The notes under the pieces: model-generated
Databases searched by the model: none
Seen by the model: the letters and a program-made list of their open reading frames with translations, nothing else
What the model was told of the DNA's origin: nothing
Position numbers and translations under genes: made by a program
Shown: positions 57,116 to 64,000 of the stretch, in pieces
Numbering within the stretch: the first letter of the stretch is position 1
Layout: every line of letters starts with the position of its first letter
NCBI GenBank assembly: GCA_964510025.1
Contig: CAZDZV010000006.1
Coordinates: forward strand, 11,143-75,142
From: an uncultured Methanosarcinales archaeon
GTDB lineage: Archaea > Nanobdellota > Nanobdellia > Woesearchaeales > DATDXC01
Direction: 5' to 3'
Length of the DNA stretch: 64,000 bases

Positions 57116-58162
57116 ATGGCAAAAAACATCTTCTTTTTTATTATTAAGCATGGAGCTTTGCTTGGCATAGCATTTCCATTTATATTATCCATAAAAATAA
57201 GCACATCTCCTTTTGGTTTGGTACATTTAGTGTTAACCCTAATTATTTTGGAATACTATGCTTATTCCATACACCAGTTTTTATTTGATTTTCAGGATAA
57301 AAGAAGAAAGTTAAGAATAAAAAAATTTGAAGAGTCTAAACTGATTGATAAATTCCTAAATGCTAAATTAGATTACTCTAAATCTTCAGAACTATTAGAG
57401 TTAATTTCTATTATAAAGAATACAGAATTCTTGCCAAAATTAAAAGAAATGTATAATCAGAAAATCGAAGAAAAAATGATTTATGCTGAAAGACTACTTG
57501 AGAAATTACAGCACCAAGAAGAAATACAAGAACTTGAGCTGAAGAAAAGTCAACTTAATAACAACATTCAATATCTAATAAAGCAAGAAAAGGAGATGAC
57601 TCAAACAGAAGAAGAAAGGAAGGAAGATCTAAAGGGGGAGATGAATCTTGAAGAAAATAAGGTGTTTGAAGAGTCAGATCTTACTGATGAAAAAGCAAAT
57701 TTTCTTCTGGAAGAAGGATACGAACAAACCAATCAATATTCAATTATGGAAGAAGGAAATATCTCGGTTTATATCAAACCCGTACTTAATCATTCAAAAT
57801 CACATATGTTTTTGGTTTACGAATTAAAGCAGATTTTGGAACATTGGTATGAAGCTGAAAACATAGAAGAGCATCTAACAAAGGATGCAGACCTTACTTT
57901 CAAGTATAACAAGAAAATCTACGCTCTGGAAGTTGAGACAGGAACATTGCTGAAAAAGAAAGACCAAGCTAGAGATAAAGTAGAATATCTAAATAGGAAA
58001 TATCAAAACAGATGGATGTTCATAGTAACAAATAGAAACCAAGTGGCTAAATACAAGAAATTAGGAATAGTCAGTGAGAGAAAGCAGGTGACAAAAAATC
58101 TTGATAAGATGCTAAAACTCCGCACCCCCCTAGATCGGGTGTCTGAGGAATTTCCCGACTAA
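57116..58162 (+). CDS. Membrane-anchored coiled-coil protein with a C-terminal putative nuclease-like domain; hypothetical
   Basis: Two N-terminal TM helices; long E/K-rich coiled coil; C-terminal HMFLVYELK...KDADLTF...YALEVETG... Confidence 0.45.
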   Translation: MAKNIFFFIIKHGALLGIAFPFILSIKISTSPFGLVHLVLTLIILEYYAYSIHQFLFDFQDKRRKLRIKKFEESKLIDKFLNAKLDYSKSSELLELISIIKNTEFLPKLKEMYNQKIEEKMIYAERLLEKLQHQEEIQELELKKSQLNNNIQYLIKQEKEMTQTEEERKEDLKGEMNLEENKVFEESDLTDEKANFLLEEGYEQTNQYSIMEEGNISVYIKPVLNHSKSHMFLVYELKQILEHWYEAENIEEHLTKDADLTFKYNKKIYALEVETGTLLKKKDQARDKVEYLNRKYQNRWMFIVTNRNQVAKYKKLGIVSERKQVTKNLDKMLKLRTPLDRVSEEFPD

Positions 58163-58215
58163 AAAATCACTAAAATAGTCACTTATTCAATCTCCGTATA
58201 ATATCACTTCTTATA

Positions 58216-58977
58216 TTACATAAGGCTATTTTCCAGCTTCTCAATTTTTACAAGCATCTCGTACTTCTCTTTGAATTCTTCCATACTTAACTCTCCCTCC
58301 ACATACTTCATCTTGAGTGCTTCCAATGGTTCAATTGTAGATTCTTTTGTGGATTGCTTCGGCTCTCTCTTCGTACCAAAAGCCATGTTTATCTTGTTTT
58401 GTAAGTCTTTATTTGTAATGTAAGCATAGATTTGGGTAGTATGGATATCAACATGCCCAAGAGATCTCTGAACATAGTAGAGGTCGACTCCTTTTTCTAG
58501 TAGATAGGTTGCATAGGTATGTCTCAATGTATGAAAACTGTAAGCATACCTTTGCTGTCCAAGTTGTGTTTTGAAAGTCTCGATACTAAGCTTAGCTTTC
58601 AGAAGATATTTTCTAAAATGCTTGCTTAAAATGTTGTTAGCAAATGGTCTTCCAGAATAGTTTGAAATAAAATACTCTGATTCATCTGAAAGCCTGAACC
58701 ATTTCTCAATCAATGGTTTGACTTTTTCAGGTAGCATCACTACTCTGTCTTTGCTACCTTTTCCCTGTCTTACAATTACCCTTTCAGCTTCAAGATCAAC
58801 ATCTTGTTTTTTCAGATTGCAGACTTCACTTATACGCAGACCACAAAACAAGGCAATAATACAGCCCATAAATATATTTGCATCATCAATCTGCTCAAAA
58901 AGTGCCATTAATTGCTTTTTATTGAAAACATTAGGTAGTTTTCTTTTTGTATTTGGTCTCCCGAATCTCATCTTCAC
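58216..58977 (-). CDS. Tyrosine recombinase/integrase
   Basis: HTLRHTYATYLL...LGHVDIHTTQIYAYI; box I LRISE. Confidence 0.8.
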   Translation of the reverse strand: MKMRFGRPNTKRKLPNVFNKKQLMALFEQIDDANIFMGCIIALFCGLRISEVCNLKKQDVDLEAERVIVRQGKGSKDRVVMLPEKVKPLIEKWFRLSDESEYFISNYSGRPFANNILSKHFRKYLLKAKLSIETFKTQLGQQRYAYSFHTLRHTYATYLLEKGVDLYYVQRSLGHVDIHTTQIYAYITNKDLQNKINMAFGTKREPKQSTKESTIEPLEALKMKYVEGELSMEEFKEKYEMLVKIEKLENSLM

Positions 58978-59381
58978 ATCCTCGCAATAAGGTTTAATCC
59001 ATGATCCCTGATCACTTGGGTTACATCTTCAAACCTTTCCTGTCTTCGCTTTAAAGCCTCAGAAACCGCTTTTTTCTGCGATATAGTCCTCTGCTTGATC
59101 TGGAACTTGATGTCAATCGGAATCTTTTCTAAAAGCAACCATCTGTAAACCGTAAAGGGGTTATAGCTACTTTTGATAAGAAAATCATACAACTCCTTCT
59201 CTAGCCCAAGAACTAGAAACTTCTTCCTATTATAATGAAAATGAGCTAATTTACCCATAATCTGCAAGAAATCACGACTCTCTAGCTGAGGAAGACGACT
59301 ATATACCAATTTCCTCAAGCATTCTAGCTTCTGGACAAAATTTTTCTGCATATCTGCTTGTTTCACGACCGACACCCCCAT
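58974..59381 (-). CDS. Hypothetical protein co-transcribed with the integrase (4-nt overlap)
   Basis: ORF only; basic; no recognised motif. Confidence 0.35.
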   Translation of the reverse strand: MGVSVVKQADMQKNFVQKLECLRKLVYSRLPQLESRDFLQIMGKLAHFHYNRKKFLVLGLEKELYDFLIKSSYNPFTVYRWLLLEKIPIDIKFQIKQRTISQKKAVSEALKRRQERFEDVTQVIRDHGLNLIARM

Positions 59382-59507
59382 GTCAGCTCAATAAGAAAGA
59401 AAAGACCGACGTGAACTCACAAGATGCAGAATCTATAAATCTTTCTATTATTTACTATTAATTAGTAATAACATATCCTTAAAAATATTGGATTATCTAT
59501 ACAATAT

Positions 59508-59738
59508 ATGGATATCGAAGGGCCTGTATTCAGGATTATCGTAAAGCCGAGCAGTCCAAATAATAAGGTGCTTGGCTATGATAAGGCTAAAAAAGCATAT
59601 AAGGTACAGATAAAAGCAAAACCAGAAAAAGATAAGGCTAACATTGAAACAGTAAAATTTTTGTCCAGATTGCTTAAGAGAAAGGTAAAGATAATAAAAG
59701 GCTTCAGGAGTAAGCAGAAGATACTATCTTTTGAATAA
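59508..59738 (+). CDS. DUF167 (YggU-like) small protein
   Basis: VFRIIVKPSSPNNKVLGYD...YKVQIKAKPEKDKANIETVKFLSRLLKRKVKIIKGFRSKQKIL matches the DUF167 consensus. Confidence 0.65.
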   Translation: MDIEGPVFRIIVKPSSPNNKVLGYDKAKKAYKVQIKAKPEKDKANIETVKFLSRLLKRKVKIIKGFRSKQKILSFE

Positions 59739-61688
59739 TTTTCGCCTAACCAGGACCACCAAGATAATAAGGATACCGAAGATAGTCAGGAGGCCGCCTA
59801 AAATGTCAGCAAAAGTCTTTCCATAATAAAGCCTGACATGCTCTGATTCTGGATATACAAGCATAAAGCTTGGGCTAACCAGGTATACCTTATCCGCTCC
59901 TTGCACCTTCCAGTTAGGGAAGTAGGAAACCTTGATTACATGCGGTTTGCCTGTGCAGTCTGTCCTGAATATGATTTCTTCGTCGCTAATTAGCTCTTCG
60001 TTTATTTCACATGCATTATCGATCTTTTTTATGGCCATATTTTCAGCTGAATTCTCAAAGACAACATAATAGCTCAGATTAGACTGCTCAAACCATATCA
60101 TGGAATTTTTTTTCCAGTTCCTCCTCGGATATGTCAGTGGACGATATTTTGGAACTTCGATATATCCTGTCTGGCTGATTTCATATATCTCAATATTTTC
60201 TATCTTCTCCAAAAGCCGGAAACCTGGATGATTCCTAGCCTTGAATTTTACAGAATCAGAGGTAGCTAAGAAATATCTTATGTTGAATAGTCCCATATGT
60301 TTCAGGCCCCTGTCAATATCGACATCAGGGCAGCTCAGGCCCATGATAGGGCAGGAAGCATTTTCAGATAGCTCTGCCTGCATTATGAAATGGAAAGGTG
60401 CTGTGATAGATGAGTCTACAAACAGCCCGGTGATTACTGGTTTATTCGCAAAAACAGGTATAGTCTCAAATGCTCTTGGACTCCCGAATCTGTCATGAGA
60501 GTCGCTGTATTCGTAGAAAATCCTTCCATCAGGCAGATTCTTGAGATAATGTGTTAGTTCAAAGAAAGAACCTTCTTTTTTTTCCAAACCTTCATAGTTC
60601 CATTTTATCCAGCTGGGGGTGTACGCTGTTGTCAGGTTGGCGTATACTAGGACAAGAAGGACAAATAATACGATAAAAATCTCAGTATATTTGGTCTTTT
60701 CTAGAAGATTCTTTATCGGTATAGCGGCCAGAAGCAGCATGAACAGGTAAACAAAAGGTAAAAATCTCACGTTCCATATATGGCCATCTGGCAGTGCAAA
60801 AAAGACAACAAGGGACACAAAGACTATATACATAAAGAAACGTATACGCTCATCCTTGAAGTATAGGATAGCCCCTAAGATTGCGACTGCATAGAAGACA
60901 ATAAGTGTGGGCGGAACTAGAAGCATGATGTTATGCAGCTGGTTCCAGTTGTAGGAGGTTGTATAGCCTATCTTAGCCATGAATGGAACTGACCAGAAAG
61001 CAGAAAGCGAAAAAGCCAGCAGTCCAATTTTCGTAAGATAGACAGAATTATGCTTCAACCTCCTTTGTAGTAAAAAAAAGACCGAGCCTAACGCCGCTAT
61101 CACTGCAACAAAAACATGCGTTAAGGCTATGGAAGCCAGCAACACCGAGTTCAAAATGATATGCTTCCTATGCTTAATGCCATAGTAGAGAAAACCGAAA
61201 TACACCAGCAGTAGTGAAATTGCAATGCTGTGACAAAACTCGCCTGCTAAAGTGCTGGCAATATTACCCCCATACATAGAATGGCTCTCTAAAAAAAGGA
61301 AAGGCAGCACCAGGACAGAGGCTATGACTGGCTTTCTTATGCCCATAAGCTTGAACATCAGATAGGCTGAAGCTGGTAAGGAAAATATTCCTATGACTGT
61401 AATGATCCTAAATGCCAGCTCCAGCGGGATTACATAGGACAAGCCGGCAATTAGTAGAAAAGGCAGCTGGAAATAAAACTGAAACATTGGCAGCCCTGCA
61501 AACCAGGACAAAGAAAAACCTGAAATCCTGCCTTTACCCAGGCTCTCCCTCATAAATCCTGCTGCATGATAATGTGATATAGTGTCTCCTCCAGCCACAG
61601 CCTCAGACTGAAAAACCAGCTGCGGGCTGAAGTAAGCAAATAAGAAAGAGTAGATTATAACCAAAATCAGCATATCTATGTATTTCAT
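59724..61688 (-). CDS. Polytopic membrane protein with a large extracytoplasmic C-terminal domain and a terminal TM anchor (GT-C/YfhO-like architecture)
   Basis: About 13 N-terminal TM helices, ~250-aa soluble domain, final TM ILGGLLTIFGILIILVVLV + RRKLFKR. Start 1 nt after the mre11 stop. Confidence 0.5.
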   Translation of the reverse strand: MKYIDMLILVIIYSFLFAYFSPQLVFQSEAVAGGDTISHYHAAGFMRESLGKGRISGFSLSWFAGLPMFQFYFQLPFLLIAGLSYVIPLELAFRIITVIGIFSLPASAYLMFKLMGIRKPVIASVLVLPFLFLESHSMYGGNIASTLAGEFCHSIAISLLLVYFGFLYYGIKHRKHIILNSVLLASIALTHVFVAVIAALGSVFFLLQRRLKHNSVYLTKIGLLAFSLSAFWSVPFMAKIGYTTSYNWNQLHNIMLLVPPTLIVFYAVAILGAILYFKDERIRFFMYIVFVSLVVFFALPDGHIWNVRFLPFVYLFMLLLAAIPIKNLLEKTKYTEIFIVLFVLLVLVYANLTTAYTPSWIKWNYEGLEKKEGSFFELTHYLKNLPDGRIFYEYSDSHDRFGSPRAFETIPVFANKPVITGLFVDSSITAPFHFIMQAELSENASCPIMGLSCPDVDIDRGLKHMGLFNIRYFLATSDSVKFKARNHPGFRLLEKIENIEIYEISQTGYIEVPKYRPLTYPRRNWKKNSMIWFEQSNLSYYVVFENSAENMAIKKIDNACEINEELISDEEIIFRTDCTGKPHVIKVSYFPNWKVQGADKVYLVSPSFMLVYPESEHVRLYYGKTFADILGGLLTIFGILIILVVLVRRKLFKR

Positions 61689-61689
61689 C

Positions 61690-62868
61690 TCAGATATTCA
61701 AAATTCTTGAAACGTTCTCCTTGATTCTTTTTTCAAAATCTGAAACCTTCTCGCCCTCATTTCTTCCGGTAGAAAGCACCTTCATAAGTTCTTTTGTAAT
61801 CTCCAGATTGCCTGCATTTTCCCTGATAAGCTTATCCTCAATATCCTCGACACTGTCAGCATCTATCTTAATCTCATCAAACTCCTTGGTTGTTAAGGAT
61901 ACGGTATTTTTCATGACAAAATATGCTCCTTTATCATATATCATCTGGATGATGCTCTTAAAGTCGATATCAGAAGGTTTCCCTGTCTCCAGCACGCCGC
62001 CTAACCTTATGGTCACGATTGTATTGATAAACTCCTTATCCTTGATTTCGTCCTTAAGCATCGATTCCACCTGCTCCACGGTCCTGTGGTCGCATTCCAG
62101 CTTTATAGGATAGGTGTTGTAGATCTGCACAGGTTCCCAGCTAAGCTGGCCTTCTTCGTAAATATAGAAGCCGCCGTTTCCTAGTTTTTCCAGCTCCGAG
62201 AAGTTGTTTGGAAAAAGCGGCCCTGGATATGAGATCATACCATAGCCTTGCTCAGCCTTATTGTAGACAAAATGTGGATGTCCGCCAGCGTAGTAATTGA
62301 AATTCCTTGGAAGCAGGGAGATGGGTTGCGAATCTGCATTTTGCATCTCCTTTGGCTTTAGCTCTGTCAGCAATGAGTGGAACATGAAAATTTTGAAGCC
62401 ACCTTCCTTTTCCAGAGGATCCCGGTTAAGTTCTTCATAAAAACCCTTTTCAAGGCCCCCTCTTTTGCCCACCAGCCCTGTAATCTTTGCTCCTGTAATC
62501 TCATCTATGGTGAACTGCAGGTCCAGCTTCCCGTCCTTTACCTTGCCTCTAGCTACGTTTATGCATAAACCAGCATTTTCGAGCACATCCAGCATAGTCT
62601 TTCCAGAAGGTGAAAAATCGTGGCTGCCTGCAATTATATAGAAAGGGATTCCTTTGTCCTTGATCTCCTTGAGCTTTTTTGTGACCGCTTTAAGCTTGTC
62701 GATGGCTGGCAAAGAAGTATTGAAAAGGTCACCTGAAACTATGATAAAGTCGACTTTTTTGCTTGCTGCAAGGTCAATTGCCTTTTGGAATGCCTGCAGG
62801 CTTATGTTGTTTAGCTTAGGGTCTCTCCAGCTGCCAATATGGCAGTCTGCCAGATGAGCGAATTTCAT
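61690..62868 (-). CDS. mre11: Mre11/SbcD-family metallophosphoesterase
   Basis: DCHIG (motif I), SGDLFN (II), AGSHD (III), FMFHS (IV), GGHPH (V). Confidence 0.75.
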   Translation of the reverse strand: MKFAHLADCHIGSWRDPKLNNISLQAFQKAIDLAASKKVDFIIVSGDLFNTSLPAIDKLKAVTKKLKEIKDKGIPFYIIAGSHDFSPSGKTMLDVLENAGLCINVARGKVKDGKLDLQFTIDEITGAKITGLVGKRGGLEKGFYEELNRDPLEKEGGFKIFMFHSLLTELKPKEMQNADSQPISLLPRNFNYYAGGHPHFVYNKAEQGYGMISYPGPLFPNNFSELEKLGNGGFYIYEEGQLSWEPVQIYNTYPIKLECDHRTVEQVESMLKDEIKDKEFINTIVTIRLGGVLETGKPSDIDFKSIIQMIYDKGAYFVMKNTVSLTTKEFDEIKIDADSVEDIEDKLIRENAGNLEITKELMKVLSTGRNEGEKVSDFEKRIKENVSRILNI

Positions 62869-62901
62869 ATTAGCAGGTAATCGACAAATATATATAAAGA
62901 T

Positions 62902-64000
62902 TTATGATAATTTGATGCCGCTAAAATCTCTTGGGCTATCAGATTTATCTTTCCTGGAAAAATTATCGAAGAGGCTGATCTTTATAGGCGTGGCGAACCT
63001 AGCGAAGTTGCTTGAAAGGATAGCTTCGCCCACATCTAGCGAAGCGATGTTCCTGTCGTCCTCGCTAAGATCCTGGGCTGCTGAATCTATGATGGCCTGT
63101 CTTTCAGGCTTCATCTCTATGCCCAAGATTATCTTAGTATTTATATTTGCCAGTATCTGCCTCGGTATCAGAGAGGGCAGCTGCGTTATGGCTGTCAGAC
63201 CAACTTTAAATTTCCTTCCTTCCCTAGCGATCGTGGAAAATATATTTGGACCTTTTTCCAGGACTTCCTTGCCTAGCACTCTGGGTGCTTCTTCTAATAT
63301 TATTGAAATAACAGGCTTGTCCCGTAAAGTCCCTTCTGTTTTGTAATGCTTGTATTTGTTAAAGACCTCTGTGCTAATGAGGCTGCCGATCAGGATCTCT
63401 ATTTCACCAGCATATCCTGAAGTGTCTATTATTACTGTTTTGCTTGCTTCAAGCTCTTGGCCTATATCCCTTAATGTCGAAATCCCGCTCTTAAGCTGGA
63501 AGATACCGTTAAAAAATAGCTGGTTATCTGCAAAATCAATATCCAACAGCCTGAGCATCCTTCTTCTTAGGACAGCAAGTGTAGCTTCATTGAACCCATC
63601 CACTGGTTTCTCCAGGATTATGGCTTCGATCCATTTTTTTTGGTATTTGTGATAAAAGGCAGCCAGGCCTTCCCTTTGGGCCTGCGACCAGTCAACGACC
63701 CCGTTGAAATGTGCAGGTCTGATGAGCTCCAGGTTTATCCTAAGGGTTTTGCCCCCGGGAGGGGCATCTTTTGGCCGGTAATATACGATATTATTCTTAG
63801 TAGGGTGGTTCTTTATCCTACCATAGTACTCATCATGAGGATCAAGGACAAGTATGCCGCAGTAATCCTTGTCGATGCTGTCCCAGAGCATGCATGACAT
63901 AAGGTTAGATTTTCCTTTTCCTGTTGTTGCAGGAATAAGGATATGATGTGAGAAAGCCTTTACACCATCCAGGTATATGCCTACATCCAACACCTTGCTG
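62902..64000 (-). CDS. herA: HerA/FtsK-superfamily ATPase, partial (N-terminus lies beyond the window end)
   Basis: Walker [10 protein letters not shown], Walker [13 protein letters not shown] (EEAH-type), ITQLPS sensor. No stop before position 64000, and the expected HAS-barrel N-domain is missing. Confidence 0.7.
   Translation of the reverse strand, partial: SKVLDVGIYLDGVKAFSHHILIPATTGKGKSNLMSCMLWDSIDKDYCGILVLDPHDEYYGRIKNHPTKNNIVYYRPKDAPPGGKTLRINLELIRPAHFNGVVDWSQAQREGLAAFYHKYQKKWIEAIILEKPVDGFNEATLAVLRRRMLRLLDIDFADNQLFFNGIFQLKSGISTLRDIGQELEASKTVIIDTSGYAGEIEILIGSLISTEVFNKYKHYKTEGTLRDKPVISIILEEAPRVLGKEVLEKGPNIFSTIAREGRKFKVGLTAITQLPSLIPRQILANINTKIILGIEMKPERQAIIDSAAQDLSEDDRNIASLDVGEAILSSNFARFATPIKISLFDNFSRKDKSDSPRDFSGIKLS

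Larger units (their letters stand above)
52037..59381. mobile_element. Putative integrated defence island (R-M cassette + OLD nuclease + two tyrosine recombinases + cargo); boundaries approximate
   Basis: By eye, more AT-rich composition than the flanks; recombinase genes; flanked by GC-richer genes (51268..51813 on the left, DUF167/membrane/mre11 on the right). No tRNA or clear direct repeats found. Confidence 0.45.

Noticed and set aside
59724-61688. Candidate Rad50 downstream of mre11
   Set aside because: The protein is polytopic membrane (about 13 TM helices) with no Walker A/B or zinc hook.

Overview
This 64-kb window is AT-rich and looks archaeal. The archaeal markers are aIF5B, aEF-1beta with its upstream Zn-ribbon gene, TFS, Trm1, RtcA, the archaeal-type riboflavin synthase with RibH and the RbkR kinase/regulator, a Sec11-type signal peptidase, and HerA/Mre11. 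Codon overlaps and Shine-Dalgarno-like sites are frequent, and the organism is probably uncultivated.

Layout:
(i) 1-9.7 kb: surface-protein region. It holds a secreted LamG protein with MopE-like Cys/Asp repeats and a 3-gene minus-strand operon (HTH regulator, membrane glycoprotein with about 20 N-glycosylation sequons, surface protein with a PGF-pre-PGF-like domain). A repetitive AT-rich control region lies upstream, and another anchored surface protein follows.
(ii) 9.7-18.7 kb: translation and RNA housekeeping (PUA, Nip7-like, aIF5B, Trm1, EF1beta, RtcA), a membrane-tethered wHTH protein and a ParB-like/PHP gene pair.
(iii) 18.7-46.2 kb: a single-strand, translationally coupled glycan-assembly locus of about 27.5 kb and 28 genes. 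It contains a Wzy-like protein, an SGNH hydrolase, at least 13 GT2/GT4/GT8-like glycosyltransferases, an acetyltransferase, an MsbA-like ABC exporter, a bacterial-type phosphoglycosyl transferase and three PAPS-type sulfotransferases. I consider this the most interesting system in the window: a candidate sulfated-glycan pathway.
(iv) 46.2-51.8 kb: riboflavin operon with an anomalous GC-rich insert gene, a DUF460-like gene, signal peptidase and TFS.
(v) 52-59.4 kb: an AT-rich defence/mobile island. It carries a DpnII-type GATC restriction-modification cassette (orthologues of DpnB, DpnM and DpnA) interrupted by a class-1 OLD-family ATPase-Toprim nuclease. It also carries two tyrosine recombinases flanking a membrane/coiled-coil protein.
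(vi) 59.7-64 kb: a tight herA(partial)-mre11-polytopic membrane protein operon with no rad50/nurA in the expected place.

No rRNA, tRNA or CRISPR array was recognised. All functional calls rest on motif and architecture recognition by eye and need HMM/BLAST confirmation.
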